DNA of 64,000 bases, taken from assembly GCA_964016885.1 (NCBI GenBank), contig OZ024741.1, positions 14,260,001-14,324,000 on the forward strand, read 5' to 3'. A program made the translations under genes and the position numbers. Position 1 is the first letter of the stretch, and every line of letters begins with the position of its first letter. The notes beneath the pieces were generated by a model. It did not search any database and was not told the origin of the DNA. It saw only the letters and a program-made list of their open reading frames with translations. Source of the DNA: Eledone cirrhosa (Eukaryota). Positions 48,506 to 60,960 of this stretch are shown here, piece after piece.

Positions 48506-51009
48506 CTAGCAGAAGTACCCGGCGTTGCCCGGGTGTAAGTCGACCTTTGGTCTGTTAGAATGTGTGAAAGTTACTTCCCGTGCATCACAGGTTCAAAACT
48601 TCGAACTTCAATGAAAAAAAATAGGTTAGTAGACACAGGTGTGTAATTTATTAATTGTAGTTACACAGTGTATCGTTGAAATTGTTCTCTGCACGACTGA
48701 CGGAAGTCAAAATCGCTTGATATTGAATGTTCAGTTAATTTAAAGCAGGGTGAAAATGTTGATTACTTTCAGGGTTTTTTTTTTTTTTTTACAATTTTTG
48801 CGCTCACATGTGCAGAAGAAGAATTAAAAGGGCCTTTATCTTAACCGCGGCATAATGGCGAGTCTTTTGTGACAGTTTTCAAGAATATAGGACGTTCCTG
48901 TAAAAAGTTTTCCCATGTGTAACTTTGCCTTGTTTTTTTGCGCAAAGTCGAGCCCCGCTTCAGTTTTATTGATTTTTTACATCAATGCGTGATCTCTGAA
49001 GTAGATTTGAGTAGCTAAAAACCTGTCCAGGTAGATTTGCTATAGGTGAAAAAAAGTTGATCAAAATTGTATCTAGGGTTATTGCCCTTTGCCACAGCCT
49101 CAAGCCTCGTCTGACGGGATGTTGGTGATTCCTCCGTCAGCGCTTGTTGGCGACGAAGGCGAACATCAGCAAGCCTTGTCGTACGTGATGTTGGTGACTC
49201 AACCAGCCGGGAAAGACGTCTATCAGCGAGTCGAGATTCGCGCTCAGCAGGTGTTTCCTAGAGAAAATTAATTAATTCTACTGGTTAGCTAAGCCAATGG
49301 CAGTGTCAATAGTAAATGAGAAAAGTCTAACATGAACAAAAAGGAATCAAGGTAAGACAATAAATTTAATATAACTACGATTAGAATGTTGTAGTTGCTT
49401 AAAAGTGGTGACAGTTAGGATAAACGCAGTACTTGCTAACATTAAGGGAGAATATTGCATAAAGGATTAATCAATTGTGAATGAACTCATACCTGAGAAC
49501 GCCTAATTCGTTGTCTCAAAGCAGTAGCTGTACCTTTTTTGGAGGTAAGTCTTGAACGTTTCCGTGTGGGCATAACGACGTGTAACAAAGCTGTTAGGCT
49601 AGAGAGAGGTGATTAAATACAGAGAGAGATGACACCAGATTCGTTAGCATGGTTACTGGTGAATGGGAAGGTTTGGAAATATGATTACAATAACTTACCG
49701 AATTTTCCGGTCTACAAATTGCACTTAAAATAATTAAATTTAATCAAAAAACAGCTCTGCGCTTTATACTCCGGTGAGCCTTATGTATAAATAATACAAT
49801 GGTAATCAATCACGGCTCTAACAGAAGTAATAGATCTAGACTAAAAGCAAAGAAGATAGCATTTTCCTGGTTGGCCTTACACGCCGTTGCACGGACCTGA
49901 TTTTAAATGATACGCCTTATATCCTGGTGAGCCTTATAGAGCGGAAAATATCTATTGGAAAAGAATACGAATTCATCACCAAGGTGTGACAAAATAGGCG
50001 TCTATACAGCGCCTGAAACAAATTTGTCCAAAACCCTAGGATTTTTCTCGTTAAATATCCACCCAAAAGGAACCGGTTTTTAGTTACAAAAAATAACGTG
50101 TATAGTATCTATATTTCTGACATATCATGCCAAAAAGAACAATATATTCAAAAAATGTTCTAAAGTACATTCAATCTCTCTTTTTGACCGATATCTTAAT
50201 AAGCAAGTTATCGATTTTTATTGGCTGTCAGTGTCTATCTGCATGCAGGTGTGCACGTGTGCGCAATTAATTGCAAATACGCTCATAACATTTAGTTGTA
50301 AGCAGAACAAAAAATGCCATTAGAGGTGGGCTAATAATGAAGACACAAACCCTGGTGAACTTACGTTTAAACACCCGAAAAGTTACTCACTTCCTGTGCA
50401 AAAGACTGTATTATAAATTAAGTAATTTTTTAGAATCTTTTGTTTAAAAAAGGAAAACATTGGTACGGTGGTAACATTTTTTACAACTTTGTATGTGTAC
50501 AATACAACTTGGTCAACGTATTATTTAGCAATTTTTTTTTTTCAAAAAGCATGATTATTTAAGACTGTTTGAAAATTTACTCACAGCTTTTAGCATCACA
50601 AAAGACACCATTAAATTTGGTACCCTTTTCAGATAGGGATAATACTGTATTTCCACTTGAATAAGGTGGAATATGAAAAGATAAACTCTTTAATGGTCGG
50701 TCGTTTACTGAGACAGCTGGGAAGACATGCAGCTGGCCGTCCAATCAATAACGCACGTCCTTATATGGGCATATGAAATTTATTTTTATTGCGCCAGATG
50801 TAAACTAAGAGTTCTTGTGTTCGAATTCACATAAAATTTCATTGGAATCGAAAAACAGTCTATCATAGGGCCCGATTATCGATTTTTCGAAAATTTCAAG
50901 TAGCCTATTCCACTCTACGCGTTGAGTTTTATATATGTGTGAGGTTTCATGAAAATTGGATGAACGGTGTAGCATGCAAGTTCGGAACACCAAACAATGT
51001 CCATCTTTC

Positions 51010-51020
<11 letters not shown>
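48506..51020 (-). mobile_element. Non-autonomous Helitron copy 2
   Basis: 3' hairpin cccgggcaacgccggg + CTAG|T at 48506; 48506-49108 aligns to 43863-44480; 50820-51012 aligns to 41080-41280. Confidence 0.82.
49017..49573 (-). pseudogene. Spliced N-terminal remnant of a probable Helitron Rep/helicase gene (exons 49573-49493 and 49257 onwards)
   Basis: MPTRKRSRLTSKKGTATALRQRIRRSQ | phase-0 GT..AG intron of 235 nt | ETPAERESRLADRRL..ESPTSRTTRL..ESPTSRQTRLE; same strand as the Helitron. Confidence 0.6.
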
Positions 51021-51087
<67 letters not shown>

Positions 51088-51245
51088 ATATATATATATC
51101 CATATCTATATATTTATATATATATATACATTTATACACACACACACACGCACACACACATATATATATGTGTATGTGTGCGTGTGTGTGTTCGTATGTA
51201 TGTATAAACGTACGTATATATATATATATGTATATATGAGAATAC

Positions 51246-51300
<55 letters not shown>

Positions 51301-51464
51301 TATACATATAAATATACATATTTTGGGTCATCTGTTATTTCAGTTTCTAAGTGCCGGAGTTCCCGCCCACTCCACAACTTGGTGTTTATGTTACGTATGT
51401 CTGAACACAAAATATCTCATTACACCTACAACATGCGCACAGTCATTATATATACATACATGCG

Positions 51465-51496
<32 letters not shown>

Positions 51497-51542
51497 TTAC
51501 ATTTATATATGTGTGTGTGTGTGTATATATGTATATATATTA

Positions 51543-51601
<59 letters not shown>

Positions 51602-52044
51602 GTGTGTGTGTGTGTGTATATATATATGCACACATTTATATTCAGTCGTTGGTAATGATTTTTCCATGATGTTCCCACAAACAGTCGACCACGTAATCAG
51701 AGCATTTTACACACACACACACATATATATATATACCCACATATACACACATATACTCACACACACACACACATATATATACACACTCACACACAACATA
51801 GAAATCCCTCATTTTTCATCTGTCCTAGCTTAACCTCTATATAACCCATTGCCAGTTTCTCTCGTTTTCACAATCTCATTGAAATATGCGTTCCTACTTT
51901 CTTATTTCCTCCACTTCATACTCCTCCTCCTCCTCCTCCTCCTCCTCCTCGTCATCATCATCATCATCATCCTCAACATAACCCTCTTCCTCTCCTCCTC
52001 ATCCCCCTTACGTTTATTGCATTCTTTGTCTCTCCGTCACAAAT

Positions 52045-52342
52045 GACAACGGGCTTGCACCCGAGGCAAAAGTCCAGTTAAGGTGTTTTTGTGGAAGACA
52101 AGCAAGCCTCCATGCCTAACAAGCTCCCCTCTCTACGCCACAGGTGTTGTCCAAACATCAAACTAGACCAATACACCTTGGCACCAGTGACGTCTCAACT
52201 TATTTCTACAGCTCAGTGAACTGGAGCAACTGGTGAAAAAAATGTCTTGCTCAAACACACAATACACCGCCCGGTGCGGGAATCAAACTCACCACATTAG
52301 TATTGTGATTCGAACGCAGTTAACATTTAGAGACACGCCTTC

Positions 52343-52343
<1 letters not shown>
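52045..52343 (-). mobile_element. tRNA-derived SINE, family 2
   Basis: Reverse complement begins gtgaaggcgtgtctc, with B-box gagtttgattcc and ttgagcaagaca, as at 60961. Confidence 0.7.
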
Positions 52344-52415
<72 letters not shown>

Positions 52416-52546
52416 GTGAGGTTTTTTTTACAAAATGAAAAATAACCGAGGTGTCCTACACGAGTGAAAGTATAAAGAAAAAAAGATGAAATCGAAAATG
52501 CAACTGGAATCTTATTTTAAAAAAATATATATATATTTATTTGGTT

Positions 52547-52584
52547 CCTTTACCGGTTTCGCAGTTCTTCTGCTTTTCAAAAGG
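52547..52584 (-). ncRNA. Minimal type I hammerhead ribozyme, U3-A8 core variant, in the Penelope terminal repeat
   Basis: CCTT-TTGAAAA-GCAG aagaa CTGC-GAA-ACCGGT-A-AAGG: all three stems pair, and stem III is palindromic. Confidence 0.72.
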
Positions 52585-53466
52585 TGAGTTGAGATGGAGG
52601 GTCTGTGGTTTTTCTCACATCTAGTTGGTCTCTGAATGTTACTTGTTTTATATGGAAAAAGTGGCTGGAAATGACAGGTTTTTCGAGAAGTAATTTGATT
52701 GGTTTGTCAATAATTATAATAGATTTCGCGCCAGTTCGCGTTACAATAGTTCTTCAAATAAGAGGGGGGGGGGGTTGTCACAGGTTGTTTTTTCATATAT
52801 GGGTGTTTGAATTTCTTTTTACTTGAAAAAAGGGGCTCACGAAGGCTTTTTTTTTTTGTTTTTTTTTTTGGTTGGTTATAAATGAAATTATGGTTATCAC
52901 GTGAACAAGTTTTCATTAAATTTTCGTGCCCTTATTTGGAAATCCATTCTGTAGCCTTTTTAGAGAATTTTATGATAAGTGAAAGATAATGGTCAAGAGA
53001 AAGGGATGGGAGAATTGTTCTGGTTCAGTGAATATTGTTAGTTCGCTGCGATGTCAGAATTCAGATTTTCTATTGAATAAAGACAGTAAAGATATGTATG
53101 TTTATTTGTGTGCTTGTGTGTGTGCGCGTGTGTGTTGTGTGTGTGTGTGTTTGAATTTCTTTACTTAAAAAAAAGGTGGCTCACGAAGGCTTTTTTTAAT
53201 AAACGTGATTTGATTGGTTATAAATGAAATTTAGCTGTCACGTGAACAAGTCTTCATTACATTTTTGCGCCCTTATTTGGAAAACTATCTGTAGCCTTTG
53301 TAGAGAATGTTATGACAAGGGAAAGATAGTGGTCAAGAGAAATGGGATTGGGAGAATTGTTCTGGTTCAGTGAATATGGTTAGTTCGCTGGGGTGTCACA
53401 GTTCAGATTTTCTATTGAAGTAAAGATATGTATGTTTATTTGTGTGCTTGTGTGTGTGTGTGTGTG

Positions 53467-53499
<33 letters not shown>

Positions 53500-53538
53500 A
53501 TTGGAAGATAATTCTGTTAGTAGAAATGGGGGAGGGAG

Positions 53539-53579
<41 letters not shown>

Positions 53580-53987
53580 GGTGTTATGTGTGTGTGTGCG
53601 AGTATGTTAAGATGGAGAGAATATATATTTTGTGTGTGTGTATATATGTGTGTAGGAAAGTGGTTCTATTAGTAGAAATGGGGGAGGGAGTTGTGGGTAT
53701 GGGGTTGTTATGTGTGTGTATGGGTGTTATGTGTGTGGGAGTATGGTTAGCATGTTAAGATGAAGAGAATATATATATATATTGTGTGTGTGTGAGTGTA
53801 GGAAAATGATTCCTTTAGTAGGAGTATTTTTGAATGAACATATTTTCCTTACTTATTCGTATTTGTTCTGTTGTATTGTCAGTGCAAACGTATGTTAAGG
53901 TTTATTTAGTTCGGGTTTTTATTTTCTAAAGTAGAAGGTGTTATGTGTGTGTGTGTATGTCATATTATGGTGTTGACATAAAGTATA

Positions 53988-56270
53988 TTAAACCATATTT
54001 AATGCTGGTCTATATTTTTGAATAAACATATTTTCCTTATTTATTCGTATATGTTCTGTTGTATTGTTAGCGCAAAGGTAAAATGGGAAGACTTGGAATT
54101 TGGGTGTCTTATTACTTGCGCAAATGTCTAGATGTGCACTTAGTGGTATCTGTCTCGTGGTTGGATCTCGTAATTGTTGGCGATGAACTGTCATTCTGTT
54201 TCTGAGTGTGAGTTTAGTTTGTCCTATATAATCTTCATTGCATCCTTTACATTTAATGGCATAAATTAGATTTTTTGATGAGCAAGTGAAGTGATTTTTT
54301 ACAGTAAAAATTTGTCCTGATTTAAATGTATACGTGTTGCCTTCAATGAGGTGAGTGCAGGTTCCACAATTAGTGTGACCACATTTTTTGATACTTGGGT
54401 GTGGGTTTGTGGTAGGTAATTTGGCATTGGTGAGTAATGTTTTCAGTGATTTTGGTTGTCTTTTGCTTTTGATTATTCTGTGTGTTTCAAGGGCTTTTTT
54501 CATTCTTGGGTTTTGTTTTAGTAGTGGGATGTTCTTGTGAATAGTGTTGTAAGCTTCCGCATTTCTTGGGTTGTGTGTTGAGATATATGATAAACTATTG
54601 GACGTACCTTGAATTTGTTTCTGTTTCCGTAATTCATCAATGCCTATTGCTTTAGCCCTTTCTATTCCATTATTTATTAGTAATAGTGGGTACTCTCTCT
54701 CGAGTAGAATTTCCTTTAATTCTTGAAGTCTTTTATTTCGCGTTTCATAATTGGAGACAATTGTGCAAATTCTTCTTGCTAGGTTAAAAGGAATGTTCGT
54801 CTTCGTGTGCTTTGGATGGTTGGAGGTGAATAGCAGATTTTGTTTGGAATCTGTTGGTTTGTAGTGTATGTCAGTTTCGATATTTATGTCTTTTTTTAAG
54901 ATTAAGATGTCCAGAAATGGGAGTTGATCTTGGCTGTATTCCATTGTGAATTGGGTGTGGTTATTGATGCCGTTTATTAAGTTTTTGAAATCTTTCAGTT
55001 GGTCGTGTGTGTGGGACCAAAGAATGAGGCAATCATCCAAGTAGCGTTTCCAATTCTCTGATAAATATTTGTTGAAGTTCAATCCGTATTTTGATTTGGA
55101 CTGTTCATATATCTGGACTTCTAAGTATGCCATGACTAAGTTGGTATAAGTTGGAGCGGCTTTTGTACCCATCGCAGTCCCCGATATTTGCTTGTAAGTA
55201 TTGCCATCGAAATCAAAAAAGTTGTTCTGTAAGATGAATTTTAATCCCTCGGTGATGAAGCTTTTTTCTATTCTGTCAGGTATCTCATTGGGATATTTCT
55301 CTAGCCAGAATCCTATTGCTTCTAGTCCGTATTGGTGTGGGATCGTTGTGTAGAGATTCACTACATCGAAATACACAATAATAGTGTCGTTGTTGACATG
55401 TTTGGGGAGGTGGTTTAAGAGGTCCAGATCGTCTCTTACAAGGCTTGGTATATGTTTCAGAATTGGTTTCAGTAGTATGTCTATAAAGTTGCTCAGTCTG
55501 TGTGTTTCACATTGTGGGCCCGCTACAATTGGTCTTAATTTAAGGTCTGTGGGGTATTGTGTGTTCACGCAGGCTGAGGTGGATTGTTTACAGGCATCGT
55601 TGATTATTTTACACTTGTGAATCTTCGGAAGTCCGTAAAGGTTGTTGGTTTTGTATTCAAAATGTGTTAAATAATCGCGTTCCTTTTTAGTTAGGTCTTG
55701 ATGGTATCGATACATCAGTATGTTTAATCTAGTCATTATTTTTGATTGCTGGTAGTTTTTTACTCTTTCATAGTAATTGGTATTTTGTAAGAGAGAGAAC
55801 ATAGAATTTTTATATTTTTCAGCCTCCATAATGACAACAGTACTTCCCTTGTCCGCTTCCTTAATTATAATGTCCGTATTGTTTTTTAGTTCATGGATAA
55901 TCTCCCATTCCCTTCGACTCGTGTTGGGTTTGGGTTTAGGTTGCGGTAGTTCACGGTATGGGAAGGTAGCTATGTGGTCACAAAATTTGTCCAGAACTCT
56001 GTTTCTACCTTTTGTTGGGTTGTAGCTGCTTTTATTCCGTACAATTGATTCGTCGTTATTCTCCTTGTCAAAGAATTCCTCTGTGAGACGTAATTTTCTA
56101 CAGAAGTGTGAGATATCGTCATTTATCTCATTGGGGTTAGAGTATTGTGGTGTTGGTGTGAATTTCAGTCCTTTGGAGAGAATTTTTACTTGTTGGGCTG
56201 AGAGGTTTGTATTTGAAAGGTTAATTATTTTCGGTTTTTCAAAATCGGTTTGTGCCACCGGGTGTCGTGA
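53988..56270 (-). CDS. Penelope-like reverse transcriptase / GIY-YIG endonuclease, uninterrupted but 5'-truncated at the inversion junction
   Basis: IINLS..LSKGLKFTPTP, ADKG, LYGLPKIHK, RPIVA, DVVNLYT, GTAMG, RYLDD, LPFLD; Cys linker CGHTNCGTC; NLIYAIKC..C..DYIGQT..R..H. Confidence 0.92.
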   Translation of the reverse strand, partial: SRHPVAQTDFEKPKIINLSNTNLSAQQVKILSKGLKFTPTPQYSNPNEINDDISHFCRKLRLTEEFFDKENNDESIVRNKSSYNPTKGRNRVLDKFCDHIATFPYRELPQPKPKPNTSRREWEIIHELKNNTDIIIKEADKGSTVVIMEAEKYKNSMFSLLQNTNYYERVKNYQQSKIMTRLNILMYRYHQDLTKKERDYLTHFEYKTNNLYGLPKIHKCKIINDACKQSTSACVNTQYPTDLKLRPIVAGPQCETHRLSNFIDILLKPILKHIPSLVRDDLDLLNHLPKHVNNDTIIVYFDVVNLYTTIPHQYGLEAIGFWLEKYPNEIPDRIEKSFITEGLKFILQNNFFDFDGNTYKQISGTAMGTKAAPTYTNLVMAYLEVQIYEQSKSKYGLNFNKYLSENWKRYLDDCLILWSHTHDQLKDFKNLINGINNHTQFTMEYSQDQLPFLDILILKKDINIETDIHYKPTDSKQNLLFTSNHPKHTKTNIPFNLARRICTIVSNYETRNKRLQELKEILLEREYPLLLINNGIERAKAIGIDELRKQKQIQGTSNSLSYISTHNPRNAEAYNTIHKNIPLLKQNPRMKKALETHRIIKSKRQPKSLKTLLTNAKLPTTNPHPSIKKCGHTNCGTCTHLIEGNTYTFKSGQIFTVKNHFTCSSKNLIYAIKCKGCNEDYIGQTKLTLRNRMTVHRQQLRDPTTRQIPLSAHLDICASNKTPKFQVFPFYLCANNTTEHIRINKENMFIQKYRPALNMV

Positions 56271-56886
56271 GTCCAATAGTCTATCATATATCTCAACACA
56301 CAACCCAAGAAATGCGGAAGCTTACAACACTATTCACAAGAACACCCCACTACTAAAACAAAACCCAAGAATGAAAAAAGCCCTTGAAACACACAAAATA
56401 ATCAAAAGCAAAAGACAACCAAAATCACTGAAAACATTACTCACCAATGCCAAATTACCTACCACAAACCCACAACCAAGTATCAAAAAATGTGGTCGCT
56501 CTAATTGTGGAACCTGCACTCACCCCATTGAAGGCAACACGTATACATTTAAATCAGGACAAAATTTTACTGTAAAAAATCACTTCACTTGCTCATCAAA
56601 AAATCTAATTTATGCCATTAAATGTAAAGGATGCAATGAAGATTATATAGGACAAACTAAACTCACACTCAGAAACAGAGTGACAGTTCATCGCCAACAA
56701 TTACGAGATCCAACCACGAGACAGATACCACTAAGTGCACATCTAGACATTTGCGCAAGTAATAAGACACCCAAATTCCAAGTCTTCCCATTTTACCTTT
56801 GCGCTAACAATACAGCAGAACAAATACGAATAAATAAGGAAAATATGTTTATTCAAAAATATAGACCAGCATTAAATATGGTTTAA
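56271..56886 (+). pseudogene. Inverted duplicate of the GIY-YIG endonuclease domain
   Basis: C-terminal ~200 aa of ORF 56065-56886 are nearly identical to the end of 53988-56303. Confidence 0.9.
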
Positions 56887-57344
56887 TATACATTATGTCA
56901 ACACCATAATATGACATACACACACACACATAACACCTTCTAATTTAGAAAATAAAAACCCGAATTAAATAAACCTTAACATACGTTTGCACTGACAATA
57001 CAACAGAACAAATACGAATAAGTAAGGAAAATATGTTCATTCAAAAATATTCCTACTAAAGGAATCATTTTCCTACACACACACACACACACACACAGAA
57101 TATATATATATATATTCTCTTCATCTTAACATGCTAACCATACTCCCACACACATACAACCCATACACACACATAACCCCCCCCATTTCTACTAATAGAA
57201 CCACTTTCCTACACACATATATACACACACACAAAATATATATTCTCTCCATCTTAACATACTCGCACACACACACATAACACCCATATATACACACACA
57301 CACACAACTCCCTCCCCCATTTCTACTAATAGAATCATCTTCCA

Positions 57345-57396
<52 letters not shown>

Positions 57397-57892
57397 ACAC
57401 ACACACACACACACAAGCACACAAATAAACATACATATCTTTACTTCAATAGAAAATCTGAACTCTGACACCCCAGAGAACTAACCATATTCACTGAACC
57501 AGAACAATTCTCCCAATCCCATTTCTCTTGACCACTATCTTTCCCTTGTCATAACATTCTCTGTAAAGGCTACAGAATAGTTTTCCAAATAAGGGCGCAA
57601 AAATGTAATGAAAACTTGTTCACGTGACAGCCAAATTTCATTTATAACCAACCAAATCACGTTTATTAAAAAAAAGCCTTCGTGAGCCACCTTTTTTTAA
57701 AGTAAAGAAATTCAAACACACACACACAACACACACACGCACACACACACAAGCACACAAATAAACATACATATCTTTACTGTCTTTATTCAATAGAAAA
57801 TCTGAATTCTGACACCGCAGCGAACTAACAATATTCACTGAACCAGAACAATTCTCCCATCCCTTTCTCTTGACCATTATCTTTCACTTATC

Positions 57893-58075
57893 GGTGGATT
57901 GGCAGTATCAGTAGAGGGTCGGACGCCATGCTTTGATGCATAGAGTTACTGCCCTTGCCATTCTGAGTTCAATTCCCGCCGAGGTTAACTTTGCCTTTCA
58001 TCCTTACGGGGTCGATAAAATAAAGTACCAGTAATGCACTGGGTAATTGCTGGCCTTGTGCCAAAAGTAGAAACA
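57893..58075 (+). mobile_element. tRNA-derived SINE family 1, inserted in the right Penelope arm, 17-bp TSD
   Basis: attatctttcacttatc at 57876 and 58076; the left arm has a single empty site near 52975. Confidence 0.9.
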
Positions 58076-58382
58076 ATTATCTTTCACTTATCATAAAATT
58101 CTCTAAAAAGGCTACGGAATGGATTTCCAAATAAGGGCACGAAAATTTAATGAAAACTTGTTCACGTGACAGCGATAATTTCATTTATAACCAACCAAAA
58201 AAAAAAACAAAAAAAAAAAAAAAAGCCTTCGTGAGCCCCTTTTTTCAAGTAAAAAGAAATTCAAACACCCATATATGAGAAAAACCACAGACCCTCCATC
58301 TCAACTCACCTTTTGAAAATAGTGTATATATATATGTGTATGTGTGTATGTGTGTATGTGTGTATGTATGTATATGTATATA

Positions 58383-58455
<73 letters not shown>

Positions 58456-59385
58456 ACCCATGTGGAGGTATGAGTACATATTCGTGTGTGTACATATGTG
58501 TATATGTGTTTTTATATGTGTCTCTATATGTTTTTGTGTATGTATGTGGATGTATTTGTACATGGGTGTGTGATTGATGGTGTATGCCTATATATTCCTA
58601 CATATGCCCGTGTGTATGTACGTATATACGCACATATGTGTGTGTTGAACAAAGGACTAATTTTGGGATGGACGTAGAAAAATTCTTCATAAAAAAATAA
58701 AAAAATAATTATTTACAAACTTAGCAGGTGCGATTTGCCTGTCACCATTCTCAACACAAAAGGAATACTAAAAGCTTTTTCCCCTGAATAAAGGAATTTT
58801 TCGAGAATGACCGGGGCAGGCCGCACTTGCTACATTTCTCCCCACCCAACCCTACTCACCGTCTCAACTCATTACTGCTATTAACACTTTTTCAACACAC
58901 CTACACCCATACACTTATTAAAGGGGGAGAAAAGAAACCCCCACCACACCACAGACATGTTAAATCCCTATATATAGAACAACACACCACATACACATCA
59001 GTTTGACAATCGCACCTCAGCGTGAAAGGTCGTTCTAAAAACGAAACAATACCTCCTACGTTAACCAAGAACTCCTAAGACCTAACCAACAACCAACAAC
59101 TTAATTTATAAAATAATTTTTTTTAAGAAAAAAAAACAACATTTTTTCTAATCCGGAAAAAAATTCTCTTTGGATTTTGTGAAGAAAATAAATTTGTTGA
59201 AAGCACAAGTGAAGCCATTTTTTCTTCCCCCCTGTCTTAATATACCTAACTGTACCAAGGATTACACACATTTTCCAATATATATATATATATATATATA
59301 TTTCGTTAGCAAGATTCTTTATCTGAAAACGAGTATTGTTATGCTTTGGGAGGGTCATGTTTGCCAATAATAAACACACGCAAGT

Positions 59386-59862
59386 ATATATACTTGTGTA
59401 TAATGGTAGCTATGGTGCTTCCATAGGCGGTATGCCAAAATGACCACTCAATATTCATACAGAGTAGAGTGTGGATAGTATAAAAACAAAACATCAGTGA
59501 TGCATCTGGACTCAGTTTATTGCGTGTGACAATTGTTTCGCCGGAAGGTAGCTCGAGACATGGTCCCTGTATGGATCTGGCTGATTCTACGGCTGCTGGT
59601 TCCTTCTGACACGTGTAGTTCGTTCGGAGCAAATTTTCTCAGTGCTACCTGCCGGCGAAACAATTGTAACACGCAATAAACTGAGTCCAGATGCATCACT
59701 GACTTTTCGTTTTTATACTATCCACACTACTCTGTATGAATATTGAGTGGTAATTTTGGCATACCGCCTATGGAAGCACCATAGCTACCATTATACACAC
59801 GTATATATATATATATATAAGCACCATATGGAAATACCATAGCTACCATTATACACAAGTAT

Positions 59863-59865
<3 letters not shown>
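59386..59865. mobile_element. MITE-like fold-back element, ~165-bp inverted arms, TA-flanked; partial third arm at 60643-60843
   Basis: tgtgtataatggtagctatgg...gtttcgccgg is mirrored at 59645-59800. Confidence 0.8.
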
Positions 59866-59913
<48 letters not shown>

Positions 59914-60008
59914 TTTTGAGTTTATGTTGGTTGTATACCAACACCTCAGTATGCAGGCTGGAGCACTCGACGAAGTGCGCAGGTTGGTTTGGTTACTCCG
60001 GAGTAGTG

Positions 60009-60163
60009 TAAAATAAAGTTAAATAAAAGTCAAATGATTAAAATTTAGCTTCGTTTATTACTGCTATATATATTTCAGTGACAGCCATCTTTGGCTGTTA
60101 CTGAAATATATATAGCAGTAATAAACGAAGCTAAATTTTAATCATTTGACTTTTATTTAACTT

Positions 60164-60170
<7 letters not shown>
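60009..60170. repeat. Near-perfect palindrome, ~79-bp arms with a 4-nt loop
   Basis: taaaataaagtt...cagtgacagcca tctt tggctgttactg...aactttatttta. Confidence 0.92.
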
Positions 60171-60237
<67 letters not shown>

Positions 60238-60550
60238 CATTAACAGAGAAAGCTTTAAGCAATACTCCGACCGGCTTCCGTCTCACTCAACAAACATTAG
60301 GATATGCCTTAGTATAATCCCAATTTTACGTTTGGGGTGCTAACTATACGTATTTTGCGGATAGCCAGTTGTATTATTTTATATGAGACATAATTAAAAT
60401 ACATCTCCCTTTCCAAACAATTGTTTCATTATAAGTTTTCTACAAATCGGGAAAATAATGTCCGGATTATGTAGAAGCCTACACATAGTCCGTAGGAATA
60501 TATGCAGGTGGGCACTTATAAATCATCAGTGGATGCCAGTCAAACATCGA

Positions 60551-60640
<90 letters not shown>

Positions 60641-60839
60641 ATATACTTGTGTATAATGGTAGCTATGGTGCTTCCATATAGTGCTTATATATATATTTAT
60701 AAACGTGTGTATAATGGTAGCTATGGTGCTTCCATAGGCGGTATGCCAAAATTAGCACTCAATATTGATACAGAGTAGTGTGGATAGTATAAAAACGAAA
60801 AATCAGTGATGCATCTGGACTCAGTTTATTGAGTGTTAC

Positions 60840-60883
<44 letters not shown>

Positions 60884-60960
60884 ACAGTCGATCGACTTTC
60901 GTCAAATCGAACCGTTGGTCTTTCCAATTGTTAATACCACTCAGCCACCCACCTGCACTT

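Larger units (their letters stand above)
52410..58319 (-). mobile_element. Penelope-like element (Neptune-type) with inverted duplication of its 3' part
   Basis: RT + GIY-YIG ORF; 56271-58319 is the reverse complement of 52574-54603; (TA)n or (TG)n at both flanks. Confidence 0.9.

Noticed and set aside
56065-56886. Novel stand-alone 273-aa GIY-YIG nuclease gene
   Set aside because: Its N-terminus is antisense RT sequence fused by the inversion junction to a duplicated Penelope endonuclease.
60255-60305. Hammerhead-like 3' half on the minus strand (gaagccggtcggag)
   Set aside because: The CUGANGA core and stem II are too degenerate to call.
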